A stretch of DNA of 64,000 nt from Patescibacteria group bacterium (GCA_034003985.1 JAVEXP010000002.1:208789-272788), one strand, 5' to 3'. Shown: positions 27,459 through 37,582, counted from the stretch's first letter. A program made the numbers and translations. Notes: generated from the letters alone by a model not told the origin.

Positions 27459-29375
27459 ATGGGAAAAATTCTAGGAATTGATTTGGGAACCACAAACTCA
27501 GCAATGGCGATTGTTGAAGGCGGTGAACCAAAAATTATTGAAAATGCCGAAGGTAACCGGACTACTCCTTCAATCGTGGCGATTAATAAATCCGGGGAGC
27601 GCTTGGTTGGGCAATTGGCCAAACGCCAGGCTGTGACCAATCCGGAAAATACTTTATTTTCAGTCAAACGGTTAATCGGCCGGCGCTGGGGTGATGTGGA
27701 AGTTCAAAAAGATGTTAAGTTGATGCCGTATAAGATTGCCCAGGCGGGTGATGGTGTCAAGGTTAAAATGATTGATAAGGAATACACCCCTCAGGAAATT
27801 TCGGCTATGATTTTGCAAAAATTGAAGGCCGATGCCGAAGCCAAACTGGGTGAAAAAATTACCGAAGCCATTATTACCGTTCCGGCTTACTTTAACGACG
27901 CTCAACGCCGGGCCACTAAGGATGCCGGAGAAATCGCCGGCCTCAATGTCAAACAGATTATCAACGAACCGACCGCGGCGGCGTTGGCTTACGGTTTTGA
28001 AAAGAAAAAAGGCCAACAGATCGCCGTTTATGATTTGGGTGGCGGTACTTTTGATGTCTCGGTGCTGGAAGTCTCCGAAGATACAGTTGAAGTCAAATCA
28101 ACCAATGGCGATACCCATTTGGGCGGTGACGATTTTGATCAAGTTTTGATTGAGTGGATTATTAGTGAATTCAAGAAAGACAGCGGTATCGATTTGGGTA
28201 AAGATACTTTGGCCTTGCAGCGGATTAAAGAGGCCGCCGAAAAAGCCAAGATTGAACTTTCTACCGCTCAGGAAACCGAAATCAATCAGCCTTTTATTAC
28301 TACCGACAGTTCCGGGCCAAAACATTTGGTGATGAAATTAACTCGCGCCAAGCTGGAAGAATTGGTTGGCGACTTGGTCAAAAAAACCTTGGAGCCATGC
28401 AAGGCCGCTTTGAAAGATGCCAAGTTGGAAGTTAAAGACATTGAAGAAATCATTTTGGTTGGCGGTATGACCAGAATGCCGTTGGTCCAAAAGATCGTTT
28501 CTGAATTTTTTGGCAAGAAACCAAACATCTCCGTTAATCCCGACGAAGTCGTGGCTTTGGGTGCAGCGGTTCAAGCTGGTGTTTTGCAGGGAGATGTTAA
28601 AGATGTTTTATTGCTTGATGTTACACCGTTGACTTTGGGATTGGAAACTTTGGGTGGGGTAATGACGGCGTTGATTGAGCGCAACACCACTATTCCAACT
28701 TCCAAGTCACAAGTGTTCTCGACGGCGGCCAATAATCAACCCAGCGTGGAAATTCATGTTTTGCAGGGGGAACGGCCAATGGCTGGTGACAACAAGACTT
28801 TGGGGCGCTTTATTCTTGATGGTATTCCACCGGCGCCTCGAGGTATTCCGCAAATCGAAGTAACTTTTGACATTGACGCCAATGGTATTCTTAATGTTAG
28901 CGCCAAAGACAAGGGCACCGGCAAAGAACAAAAGATTACTATTACCGCTTCTTCCGGGCTTTCCAAAGAAGAAATTGAAAAGATGAAACAGGATGCCGAA
29001 GCTCATGCTGAAGAAGACAAAAAGAAGAAAGAATTGATTGAAACTCGAAATTTGGCCGACACTTTGATTTTCAGCACTGAAAAAGCCTTGGCTGATGCCG
29101 CTGACAAAATAAAAGCCGAAGAAAAAAAGGACATTGAGGCCAAATTGGATGAACTCAAAAAAGTAAAAGATGGCGATGATCTCGAAGTGATCAGAAAACG
29201 CACTGAAGAATTAAGCAGTGCGGCCCAAAAAATTGGTCAGGCGATGTACCAGCAGGATCAGGCCACCCAAGCTGCGGCGGGGGCTGACGCTGCGGCCAAT
29301 CAGCAGCCTTCAAACGATAAGGACGAAGTTGTTGAAGGCGAAGTTGAGGAAGAAAAATCCGAAGATAAGAAATAA
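27459..29375 (+). CDS. dnaK: Chaperone DnaK (Hsp70)
   Basis: [36 protein letters not shown] and the other Hsp70 signatures. Confidence 0.98.
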   Translation: MGKILGIDLGTTNSAMAIVEGGEPKIIENAEGNRTTPSIVAINKSGERLVGQLAKRQAVTNPENTLFSVKRLIGRRWGDVEVQKDVKLMPYKIAQAGDGVKVKMIDKEYTPQEISAMILQKLKADAEAKLGEKITEAIITVPAYFNDAQRRATKDAGEIAGLNVKQIINEPTAAALAYGFEKKKGQQIAVYDLGGGTFDVSVLEVSEDTVEVKSTNGDTHLGGDDFDQVLIEWIISEFKKDSGIDLGKDTLALQRIKEAAEKAKIELSTAQETEINQPFITTDSSGPKHLVMKLTRAKLEELVGDLVKKTLEPCKAALKDAKLEVKDIEEIILVGGMTRMPLVQKIVSEFFGKKPNISVNPDEVVALGAAVQAGVLQGDVKDVLLLDVTPLTLGLETLGGVMTALIERNTTIPTSKSQVFSTAANNQPSVEIHVLQGERPMAGDNKTLGRFILDGIPPAPRGIPQIEVTFDIDANGILNVSAKDKGTGKEQKITITASSGLSKEEIEKMKQDAEAHAEEDKKKKELIETRNLADTLIFSTEKALADAADKIKAEEKKDIEAKLDELKKVKDGDDLEVIRKRTEELSSAAQKIGQAMYQQDQATQAAAGADAAANQQPSNDKDEVVEGEVEEEKSEDKK

Positions 29376-29404
29376 AAATTAGCTGAAATAATGAGTTTTG
29401 GGCA

Positions 29405-29432
29405 GGGCTTTTTTATAGCCCTGCCCAAGTAT
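29405..29432 (+). terminator. Stem-loop after dnaK (putative terminator)
   Basis: Perfect 10-bp stem GGGCAGGGCT/AGCCCTGCCC with a U-rich loop. A TATAAT-like -10 for the next gene follows. Confidence 0.55.
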
Positions 29433-29479
29433 ATCTGCTATAATTGGTAGTATTGCTAATTAATCACTTTTTATAATTT

Positions 29480-30448
29480 ATGATTTCAGTTTTAATTACG
29501 ATCGGCTTGTTTGTTGTTGGACTGGTGTTGTTGATTTATGGCGCTGACTCTTTAGTTCGCGGTGCATCTTCGGTCGCCAAAAAGTTTGGCCTTTCTAATC
29601 TGTTTATTGGTTTGACGGTGGTAGCTTTTGGCACTTCTTTGCCGGAATTGGTGGTTAACTTATTTGCCAGTTTTCGGGGCAGTAATGATATTGCCATTGG
29701 TAATATCGTTGGCAGCAATATTTCTAATATTTTGCTGATTTTGGGTATCGCGGCTTTAATTTATCCATTGACCGTTAAGCACGGCACTGTTAGTCGAGAA
29801 ATTCCTTTCAGCTTTTTGGCGGTTGTTGTGTTATTTATTTTGGCTAATGATTTTTTAATGGACGGTTTGCAAGCGTCAATTCTAAGCCGCGGCGACGGCT
29901 TAATTTTGATCGCATTTTTTATTATCTTCATGTATTATACTTTTGGCATTAGCAAGTCTAGTGCCGAGGAGGCCGCTGAACCGGTTAAAACTTATAAAAA
30001 TTATGTGGCCTTGTCAATGATTTTCGGCGGAATTTTGGGGACGGTCATCGGCGGTCAATTTATGGTTGAGTCTGCCGTCAAAGTAGCAACAATGCTTGGG
30101 GTTAGCGAAGCTTTAATTGGTTTGACTATTGTCGCCGTGGGAACTTCTTTGCCGGAATTGGCCGCTTCGGCGATTGCCGCCTATCACAAAAAAAGCGATA
30201 TCGCCATTGGTAACATCATCGGTTCCAACATCTTTAATGTTTTTTGGATTTTGGGTGTTAGCACTACTATTAAACCATTATATTTTTCTTTGGCCTTGAA
30301 TAGTGATTTGATTTTATTGATTATCATTACCATTATTTTGCTGTCGTTTATGTTTATCGGCAAGAAGAATATTGTTCAGCGCTGGCAAGGTGGCACTATG
30401 GTGGGGCTTTACGCCGCTTATGTTATCTATTTAATTATTAGAGGATAA
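29480..30448 (+). CDS. Ca2+/Na+ antiporter (CaCA/YrbG family)
   Basis: Two alpha-repeats GNIVGSNISNILLILG and GNIIGSNIFNVFWILG in a 10-TM protein. Confidence 0.88.
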   Translation: MISVLITIGLFVVGLVLLIYGADSLVRGASSVAKKFGLSNLFIGLTVVAFGTSLPELVVNLFASFRGSNDIAIGNIVGSNISNILLILGIAALIYPLTVKHGTVSREIPFSFLAVVVLFILANDFLMDGLQASILSRGDGLILIAFFIIFMYYTFGISKSSAEEAAEPVKTYKNYVALSMIFGGILGTVIGGQFMVESAVKVATMLGVSEALIGLTIVAVGTSLPELAASAIAAYHKKSDIAIGNIIGSNIFNVFWILGVSTTIKPLYFSLALNSDLILLIIITIILLSFMFIGKKNIVQRWQGGTMVGLYAAYVIYLIIRG

Positions 30449-30456
30449 AGAAAAAT

Positions 30457-30753
30457 ATGTCTGAAAAAGTAAATAATACTCAAGCCCAACAGCTTCAGAT
30501 TAAAGATGGCTTTGCCGGCGCTGAATATGCCAATGCGATGCAGGTTGGCCATAACAAGGAAGAATTTATGTTAACTTTTCTTAATATCGTTGCTCCGACC
30601 GGCCGGGTAGTGGGAAAAATTATCACCAGTCCCGGTCATCTCAAAAGAATCATCAGGGCGCTGGAAGAAAATCTTAAAAAATACGAATCTGCTTTTGGCC
30701 AGGTTCAAGAGGCCGAAAGTCCTAAAAATGAAATTGGTTTTAAAGCCGAATAA
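30457..30753 (+). CDS. Small hypothetical protein (98 aa)
   Basis: ORF directly upstream of dnaJ with an RBS. No assignable motif. Confidence 0.5.
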   Translation: MSEKVNNTQAQQLQIKDGFAGAEYANAMQVGHNKEEFMLTFLNIVAPTGRVVGKIITSPGHLKRIIRALEENLKKYESAFGQVQEAESPKNEIGFKAE

Positions 30754-30762
30754 CTTATCGCT

Positions 30763-31875
30763 ATGGGTAAGGATTACTACGAAATTTTGGGAGTAAACAA
30801 GAGTGCCAGTCAAGAAGAAATCAAGAAAGCTTATTATAAGCTGGCTCACAAATATCATCCTCACAAAGGCGGTGATGAGACCAAAATGAAAGAGGTGAAC
30901 GAAGCTTATAGTGTTTTGGGTAATCCTGAAAAACGCCAGCACTATAATCAATTTGGTTCAACTTTTGAACAAGCTCAGCGTCAAGGCGGCTTCGGCGGAT
31001 TTGAGGGCTTTCGTGATTTTTCCGATTTCGCTCAAACTTTTCGTGGCAGTGCTGGTGCCAATCAGGCTGGCAATGGCTTTTCTTTCAATTTTGGCGACAT
31101 GGGCGATGTTTTTGGTGATATTTTTGGCGGCAGTTCGGGCCGAAGCGGCCGGGTTCAGCAGGCCCAAGATCTGCGGTCTGAACTGACTATTGAATTTTTG
31201 GAAAGCGTATTCGGAATTGAGAAAAATATTAAGTTAAATCGCGACCAGCTTTGCGATCGATGCCATGGCGACGGCGCCGAACCTGGTTCCAAGGTATTAA
31301 CCTGTGATACTTGTAAGGGTACTGGTCAGGTCGTAAGAAATATCGGTTTTGGTTTGGGCTTTCCCAGCGTTTGTCCCGACTGTCAGGGCAGTGGCAAAAA
31401 AATCGAAAAGCAATGTACCAGGTGCCGCGGTCGAGGAGTAACCAAAGAGAGCCAAGAACTAAAAGTCAAAATTCCCGCCGGAATTGACAATGGCCAAACT
31501 ATTCGTTTAGTCGGCAAGGGGAATGAGGGGCCAAAAGGCACGGTACCCGGCGATTTGTATTTACAGATTAAAGTAAAATCCGATCCTCGTTTTAAGCGCG
31601 ATGGCTATGACATTGTTACTAAACACGAAATTACTTTTCCTCAGGCGGCTTTGGGCGACAAAATTGAAATTGAAACTGTCGACGGTAAAGTCAAGCTAAA
31701 AATTCCCGAAGGCACCCAGAGTGGCAAAATTTTTAGAATCAAGAGTCGGGGAGTGTTTTATCTTCACAGCCGTCAGCGCGGTGATCATCTGGCTAAAATT
31801 ATTGTTAATACTCCAACCAAGCTTTCTCGCCGTCAGCGTCAGCTTTTCAGTGAACTGAAAGATTTGGATTCTTAA
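30763..31875 (+). CDS. dnaJ: Chaperone DnaJ (type I; J domain carries HPH instead of the canonical HPD)
   Basis: J domain DYYEILGV...KLAHKYHPHKGG. G/F-rich linker. Four CxxCxGxG zinc-finger repeats. C-terminal CTD. Confidence 0.9.
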   Translation: MGKDYYEILGVNKSASQEEIKKAYYKLAHKYHPHKGGDETKMKEVNEAYSVLGNPEKRQHYNQFGSTFEQAQRQGGFGGFEGFRDFSDFAQTFRGSAGANQAGNGFSFNFGDMGDVFGDIFGGSSGRSGRVQQAQDLRSELTIEFLESVFGIEKNIKLNRDQLCDRCHGDGAEPGSKVLTCDTCKGTGQVVRNIGFGLGFPSVCPDCQGSGKKIEKQCTRCRGRGVTKESQELKVKIPAGIDNGQTIRLVGKGNEGPKGTVPGDLYLQIKVKSDPRFKRDGYDIVTKHEITFPQAALGDKIEIETVDGKVKLKIPEGTQSGKIFRIKSRGVFYLHSRQRGDHLAKIIVNTPTKLSRRQRQLFSELKDLDS

Positions 31876-31886
31876 AAAAAATTAGT

Positions 31887-31921
31887 AAAAATCAGCTTAG
31901 ATTAAATCGAGGCTGATTTTT
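31887..31921 (+). terminator. Hairpin terminator after dnaJ
   Basis: 10-bp stem AAAAATCAGC/GCTGATTTTT with a 15-nt loop. Confidence 0.5.
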
Positions 31922-31997
31922 ATTATTGTTTGATTTTTTAGCTAATTTGAGCTAATTATTTTTTTTAACTTAATTTATATTATTAAAATTTTTATCC

Positions 31998-32026
31998 TTG
32001 ACAAACTTGATGATTTTGGGTAATAT
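31998..32026 (+). promoter_or_regulatory. Near-consensus sigma70 promoter (TTGACA-N17-TAATAT) driving the GC-rich lipoprotein gene
   Basis: TTGACA 31998-32003, 17-nt spacer, TAATAT 32021-32026. RBS AAGGAG 8 nt before ATG 32267. Confidence 0.6.
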
Positions 32027-32266
32027 GCTAAACCGGCTTAGTGCCGTTTGTTAGCGTTCTTTACAAGCATCATCTCTGGCTTAAAAAGTGTAAGTTAGGG
32101 GTGTGAATATACATTAAGGTGAGAGAACTTCAACGGAAAAAGGAGGATTGCGTCTGACAAAATTGTGTTGGTTACCCGCAACGGTTGGAGCCGTGGCGGG
32201 TGTTGGGTGTTTGGAAGAAAAGGCAACGGGCTTTGGCCCAAATCGACGAAAAGGAGATTTCCACCA

Positions 32267-35200
32267 ATGCGTACGAGTGCATCGATTTTCGCAGTAGTTT
32301 TGTTGGCGGTTTTCATCGTGGGCTGTCCCCCGATCGAAAACCCGCCGCCGGTTCTTGACCTGCGTGCCAACCTCGACGGCCGCTTCGTGCAGGCGTTTGC
32401 CGCCAATGACGACGCCGGCGTTGTGAGCTTCGAGCTGATGCGCAAGAACGAAGACGGAGACTGGTTCCCCGTCTGGAATGCCAACGGCGTCCAGCAAGTG
32501 GCTCATACCCAAAGCTGGGGCGTTCACGAGAGCGTCACGGTCGAAGAGGTGAGTCGCGAGTATCTTGGTAGTCCGGTGTTTTTCTACAGCGGTTGGTACT
32601 ACTGGTCTTCGGGCGGGGAATATCATCCCATCCCGTTTGCCGCCGACTTGTTTCGGTTGCTCAACGCCAGTCGGACCGGAACCGTGGAAACGCGGACGAT
32701 CGACATCGTCCATTCGACCGGTGCCTACCTCGCGGCTCAGTTCGAGCTGGATCGCGAAGGATGGTATGCCGTTCGGGCTTCCGGTCTGACTACGGACAAT
32801 CAACCGTTCGCTTCGGCTCAATTCGAGGAAGTCGGGTACTTCAAAGGTATTGATGGACCCGACGACCCCGGTGACCCCAATAAGCCCATGGCAACCTTCC
32901 ACGATCTGTTCGTTTCTCCTTGGAAGACGGTGAACGGGTATCTGGATGGGTATGTCAGCATCAGTAACGGCGGGGTGCCAACCGACTACTTCTTGGCGTG
33001 CGATATCGCCGTCGAGGGAGTTTGGCATCAGAAGCCGGGCTGGGGCGAGGAAGGGCGAGTGAGTATTGCTCACGACGGCTATTTCTTTGTCGACTTTACC
33101 AAGGCCGGCAATGACCACGAGGCAACGAGTTTTTGGTTGCGCGTGGTGCCGCGTAGCGTCACCGACATCCCGAATTGCGGTTTGGATCCGTCCTTGTGTC
33201 TGGTTCGGCCCGAAATTCCCGAGGCCATTGGTAGTATTCTCGTTCTTCGTCCGCCGATCAGCAATGATGACGACGGGAGCGGGGAAGTGACGATTGGCTT
33301 CCGGGATATTCCCGCTTATCTGAGTACCGACGGTACCCTGACGGGAATGGTCACGGCCGATAACCTCGCCGATTTGGCAGTGTTGGTGTACATTCATGTC
33401 GATGGCGTGGCCTGGCAGAAGCCGGACTGCGGAGTGCTGATTCCGATTGCTGCCGATGGCTCCTGGTCGACGAATGTCTATCAGGTTGCCGGTGATGAGC
33501 TCGCGACGCATATCAGCGCGTTTGCGGTGCCATTGGGTACGGTGGCGCCGTGCGTCATCTATCCCCAAGCCAAGGCCGTCCAGGCTGCGGCAGTGTGTGT
33601 GGATGGCATCTGCATCGATGGCGCTAAGGCCGGAGTGATCGTTAACCGGGTTCCGAATTTCAACCTGGTACGCATTCCGTCTTACGGCGACCTCGACGGT
33701 ACTACCATCGGTATGGTCAGCGCGCCCGATCCCACTCAGTGGCAAATCGGCGTGTACGCTGGCGGCATTCCCGGAGAAAGCGGCTGGGTCATCAAGCCCG
33801 GTTTTGCGCCCGGTGATGCCATCGTGCCGAGCCTCAGCGGTAGTTGGGTTACCGACCTGGTTACGGGTGGCGACGACCATTTGGCCAGCCAGTACTGGTT
33901 CATGCTGTTTCCGGTTGGAACAGCAATGCCCCAGTGCGGCCAGATTGGTTGTCCCAACCTCACAGACGCGCTCGCGCTGTCGGTTGCCGACATCTGGATC
34001 AATCGGCAGCCTGGAGCTGATACGATTGCTCCGGCTGTGACCCTACTTGGCGTCAATCCCATGGTGCTTGAAGTCGGTGCGACCTTCGTCGATCCCGGCG
34101 CGACAGCGACGGATAATATCGACGGCGATCTGACCTCGAGTATCGTCGTGACCGGCACGGTCAACACCAATGCCGTCGGTAGCTACTCGTTGACCTACAG
34201 CGCCACCGACAGCAGCGGCAACACAGGTTCCGCTGTCCGGACGGTGAATGTGGTCGATACTACGGCTCCGGTGGTAACGGTTCTGGGCAGTAATCCCATG
34301 TCCGTGGCCCTCAACAGCCAGTTCGTCGATCCCGGCGCGACAGCGACGGATAATATCGACGGCGATCTGACCTCGAGTATCGTCGTGACCGGCACGGTCG
34401 ATACCGGCGTTGCGGGCAGCTACTCGTTGACCTACAGCGCCACCGACAGCAGCGGCAACACAGGTTCCGCTGTCCGGACGGTGATCGTCAGCGGCGACAT
34501 CGAACCCCCAGTCATCACGATTCTGGGGACGAATCCGTTGACCCTCGAGGTCCTCTCGGGCGGTTATTCGGATGCCGGCGCCACCGCGAGTGACAATGTT
34601 GACGGCGACATCAGCGGTTTGATTCAGACGGTATCGACCGTCAACATGACGCTGGTGGGCAATTACATCGTCACCTACACTGTCACCGACAGTAGTGGCA
34701 ACACCGCCACCGCAGTCCGCAATGTCAGTGTGGTGGACACGACGGATCCGGTAATCGGTACGCCGATTGCCGACATCGTGTTGTACCAGCACCAGTCGTA
34801 TCAGGTGGACTTGGCCAATCACGGTTATGACGCATACGACGCGTCGGCTTCGTGGGCGGCCACCGGTTATGATCCGGAGTTGATTGAGGTCGGTATTACC
34901 GCCGGCACCTTGCTGGTGGTGGACGCCAACCTCAAACTGGGCACGACCACCATGACATTGACCATCACCGACTCCTCGGGCAACCAGGCGAGTCAGGATG
35001 TTGTCGTCACGGTCTCGAGTTGTGGTGACAATCTGATCAACATCGATGTGCTCCCCGGAGACATCGATAGCTACACCATCGCGGGGACGATTTGCGGCAG
35101 CCTTGATCCCGCCGCCCACCGCATCGTGGTGTATGTGATGAAACAGATTGGCGACTACGACTTCGTCTTCGTCAAGCCCGGGTACGACGCTTTGGCCTAT

Positions 35201-35416
35201 ACGCCGATTGCGTCCAATGGCTACTGGTCGACATCCGTTAACCCGGATAGCGATTGGAAGCAGATCAAGGTGGTGTTGGTTGAAGAGGGGACGAATGTGC
35301 CCATGTGCGGTGCCAATCCGCCGACCTGCTTCGAGGAATTTCCGGACTTCGAGAGCAATCCGGCAGCTTGGCCCGGGGTACTGAGTACCCATACGGTCAT
35401 CAACCCGACTCCGTAA
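32267..35416 (+). CDS. Large secreted lipoprotein with tandem Ig-like/DUF5011 (HYR-like) domains. GC-rich (about 60%).
   Basis: Lipoprotein signal MRTSASIFAVVLLAVFIVGC. At least three repeats of ...PGATATDNIDGDLTSSIVVTGTV...YSLTYSATDSSGNTGSAVRTV. The ORF-track start 32165 lies upstream of the RBS, so the ATG at 32267 is preferred. Confidence 0.75.
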   Translation: MRTSASIFAVVLLAVFIVGCPPIENPPPVLDLRANLDGRFVQAFAANDDAGVVSFELMRKNEDGDWFPVWNANGVQQVAHTQSWGVHESVTVEEVSREYLGSPVFFYSGWYYWSSGGEYHPIPFAADLFRLLNASRTGTVETRTIDIVHSTGAYLAAQFELDREGWYAVRASGLTTDNQPFASAQFEEVGYFKGIDGPDDPGDPNKPMATFHDLFVSPWKTVNGYLDGYVSISNGGVPTDYFLACDIAVEGVWHQKPGWGEEGRVSIAHDGYFFVDFTKAGNDHEATSFWLRVVPRSVTDIPNCGLDPSLCLVRPEIPEAIGSILVLRPPISNDDDGSGEVTIGFRDIPAYLSTDGTLTGMVTADNLADLAVLVYIHVDGVAWQKPDCGVLIPIAADGSWSTNVYQVAGDELATHISAFAVPLGTVAPCVIYPQAKAVQAAAVCVDGICIDGAKAGVIVNRVPNFNLVRIPSYGDLDGTTIGMVSAPDPTQWQIGVYAGGIPGESGWVIKPGFAPGDAIVPSLSGSWVTDLVTGGDDHLASQYWFMLFPVGTAMPQCGQIGCPNLTDALALSVADIWINRQPGADTIAPAVTLLGVNPMVLEVGATFVDPGATATDNIDGDLTSSIVVTGTVNTNAVGSYSLTYSATDSSGNTGSAVRTVNVVDTTAPVVTVLGSNPMSVALNSQFVDPGATATDNIDGDLTSSIVVTGTVDTGVAGSYSLTYSATDSSGNTGSAVRTVIVSGDIEPPVITILGTNPLTLEVLSGGYSDAGATASDNVDGDISGLIQTVSTVNMTLVGNYIVTYTVTDSSGNTATAVRNVSVVDTTDPVIGTPIADIVLYQHQSYQVDLANHGYDAYDASASWAATGYDPELIEVGITAGTLLVVDANLKLGTTTMTLTITDSSGNQASQDVVVTVSSCGDNLINIDVLPGDIDSYTIAGTICGSLDPAAHRIVVYVMKQIGDYDFVFVKPGYDALAYTPIASNGYWSTSVNPDSDWKQIKVVLVEEGTNVPMCGANPPTCFEEFPDFESNPAAWPGVLSTHTVINPTP
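34086..34500 (+). repeat. Intragenic near-identical tandem duplication (about 237-bp period, 2 copies) encoding duplicated Ig-like domains
   Basis: TTCGTCGATCCCGGCGCGACAGCGACGGATAATATCGACGGCGATCTGACCTCGAGTATCGTCGTGACCGGCACGGTC occurs at about 34086 and about 34323. GCTACTCGTTGACCTACAGCGCCACCGACAGCAGCGGCAACACAGGTTCCGCTGTCCGGACGGTGA occurs at about 34183 and about 34420. Confidence 0.85.
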
Positions 35417-35465
35417 GGAGTCTCTCACCTCGAGTCCCAGGGGAACCCTTTGCCTTGTGCATTGG

Positions 35466-35487
35466 GAGCCCCTGGGCTCTTTTTTTA
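35466..35487 (+). terminator. Rho-independent terminator after the lipoprotein gene
   Basis: GAGCC-CCTG-GGCTC hairpin followed by T7. Confidence 0.6.
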
Positions 35488-35497
35488 AATTTTTCTA

Positions 35498-35526
35498 TTG
35501 ACAAATTGTAAAATTTATGATTTAAT
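35498..35526 (+). promoter_or_regulatory. sigma70-like promoter (TTGACA-N17-TTTAAT) of the CAP-domain gene
   Basis: The 13-mer CTATTGACAAATT is shared with the promoter at 37551. Confidence 0.5.
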
Positions 35527-35540
35527 TAAACCAACAAATA

Positions 35541-37487
35541 ATGAGCCAAAAAATGAAAAAACTCTGGCAAAAAATTAATGCCCTGTGGTCTGGTTCCAGA
35601 AGCATTGATTCTGATCATGATGGTTTGAGTGATTACGAAGAAACCAATATTTATGGTACCGATCCCTATGATCCTGATACCGACAAGGACGGTTTAAGCG
35701 ATGGCTTGGAAGTCAGACTGGGCTTAAATCCGCTTGGTTCAGGGGTGCTTAAGGATCTGTTTATTCCTCATCCGGGCAATGATTATCAGCCCCACATTTT
35801 ACAACCGCGGCGGCTGGTTTTTTATACTATTGCCGTAGTTATTACTAAATTGGTGATCGTCGCCTTGGTTGTTGTCTTTCCGACCAGCGCTTGGTTGACG
35901 CCTGATTTGATGATTCAGGAAAGTCAACGGGTTATTAGTCTTACTAATCAAATTAGACAGCAGCGTTCAATTCCGCCTTTGACCGAAAACAAGGCTTTGA
36001 CTCAGGCGGCTTATAAAAAATCTCAAGATATGTTGACTCGGCAATATTTTGCCCATGTCGGTCCGGATGCCCGTGATCTTTCGGATTGGATTGCCGATCA
36101 GGGGTATAGTTATTTTGTCGCCGGGGAAAATTTAGCAATGGGCTTTGCCAGCGCCGATGAAGTAGTTGACGCTTGGACCAAAAGCCGAACGCATTATGCC
36201 AATTTGATTGATGATGATTATCAGGAAATCGGCGTCGGGATGGCCTCCGGGCCTTATGATGGCATTGATACTACTATGGTTGCCCAATATTTTGCCGCTG
36301 GTTATTCTTTGCCAAACACCGAGCCGACCCCGGTTAATGTCCCTGAATCCGAACCGCAGATTCAACCAGAGCCGGCGGTTGCACCCCAACCAGCGCCACC
36401 AGCCGTTGTTCCTGAATCATCGCCAGTTTTGGGCGAGCAAGTCAGAAATCCAGAAATTCCCCCAGAAATGGCGGTTTTAGAGGAGGAAGTTTCAAATGAA
36501 ACAATTTCAAACAAGCCCGCAACTAAGCCACTTGATATCCCTAAGGCCGTTACTAAACCGCTTGAACCCGCGCCGGTTGTTGAGGTCAAACCGGTTGCTC
36601 CGGTGGTAGCTAAGCCTCAGCCTGTTCAGCCAGTCCAAGCAGAACCAGTGGTAGCAGTTGACCCATTGCCTGAACCCGAACCGGTTTTAGCCGCGCCAAA
36701 ATTAGTGACTCCCGATTTAAGTTCGATATTTAATACCCAGGAAGTAAGAATTGTCGTTTATGCTCCGCAGGCTGAAATGGTAAAAGTTTCTAATAACGGC
36801 CAGCTCTTGGCCAGTCGGCCAAGTTTACAAAGTGATTTCTTTGATTTTGATTTAATCTTGGAACCGGGAGAAAATAATTTATTTTTTACCGCCACCAAAG
36901 GGGAACAGAGCGCAGTCTCGCCAATTTATTTGGTCAAGACTGTTGATAATCCGCCCAGCGTTGATCTGGCTAAAAGCCGGGTGGTTATTTCTCAACCCCT
37001 AAGTCAGGCGGAACAAATCATCAGAGCCGAAATTTATCTTAGCACCGATGCCAAAAGTGCTTCTTTGTCTTTTGGCGACTATCACATTGAATTAAGTCCG
37101 GAATCAGCCGCCGCGGGGGGAAAATCAAATCTTTGGTCGGGCGAGATGATTGTCTTTAGCCGCAGTGATTTATTTAATACTATTGTTTTGCCGGTTTTAG
37201 TGGCCAAAGATTCCGCTGGTCAGGAAACTGTCGAAGATATCGCGTGGGAAAATGTAGTTCCGGTTAAACCGTCTTTAACCAGGCAGTACTTGTTAATGAA
37301 ATCTTACCCCTTAAAGCCGGTTGATTGGCTTTTTGATATTTCCACCTGGTATTATAAATTGGTTTTGGTAACAGCTGTAATATCTTTAATGCTGAGTATT
37401 TTTATTGAAATCCGCCGCCAACGGCCAAAAATTATTTTTTCCACCCTTGGGTTGATAACTTTATTGGTGGTTTTTATCATTGTTTAA
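35541..37487 (+). CDS. Secreted CAP/SCP (YkwD-like) domain protein with N-terminal TSP3/dockerin-like Ca-binding repeats, Pro-rich linker and C-terminal TM anchor
   Basis: [12 protein letters not shown] / [12 protein letters not shown] repeats. CAP core [11 protein letters not shown]...GENLAMGF...[25 protein letters not shown]. PEPxP-rich spacer. C-terminal hydrophobic helix. Confidence 0.75.
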   Translation: MSQKMKKLWQKINALWSGSRSIDSDHDGLSDYEETNIYGTDPYDPDTDKDGLSDGLEVRLGLNPLGSGVLKDLFIPHPGNDYQPHILQPRRLVFYTIAVVITKLVIVALVVVFPTSAWLTPDLMIQESQRVISLTNQIRQQRSIPPLTENKALTQAAYKKSQDMLTRQYFAHVGPDARDLSDWIADQGYSYFVAGENLAMGFASADEVVDAWTKSRTHYANLIDDDYQEIGVGMASGPYDGIDTTMVAQYFAAGYSLPNTEPTPVNVPESEPQIQPEPAVAPQPAPPAVVPESSPVLGEQVRNPEIPPEMAVLEEEVSNETISNKPATKPLDIPKAVTKPLEPAPVVEVKPVAPVVAKPQPVQPVQAEPVVAVDPLPEPEPVLAAPKLVTPDLSSIFNTQEVRIVVYAPQAEMVKVSNNGQLLASRPSLQSDFFDFDLILEPGENNLFFTATKGEQSAVSPIYLVKTVDNPPSVDLAKSRVVISQPLSQAEQIIRAEIYLSTDAKSASLSFGDYHIELSPESAAAGGKSNLWSGEMIVFSRSDLFNTIVLPVLVAKDSAGQETVEDIAWENVVPVKPSLTRQYLLMKSYPLKPVDWLFDISTWYYKLVLVTAVISLMLSIFIEIRRQRPKIIFSTLGLITLLVVFIIV

Positions 37488-37553
37488 TTTTAATGTCTTA
37501 TTTTGCCGTTAATGCCCCAGCCGTTGTCAAAGGCCGGGGTATTGCCTTATCTA

Positions 37554-37582
37554 TTGACAAATTAGAAAATTATAGTTATAAT
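37554..37582 (+). promoter_or_regulatory. Perfect consensus sigma70 promoter (TTGACA-N17-TATAAT) of the glycosyltransferase cluster
   Basis: TTGACA 37554-37559, TATAAT 37577-37582. Confidence 0.6.

Noticed and set aside
32114-35428. Long minus-strand ORFs (588 aa at 32114-33880, 461 aa at 34043-35428, plus several shorter ones) antisense to the GC-rich lipoprotein gene
   Set aside because: High GC depletes stop codons on the antisense strand. The translations are Arg/Gly/Asp-rich and carry no motifs. The plus-strand frame has a clear signal peptide, domain repeats, an RBS and a promoter.
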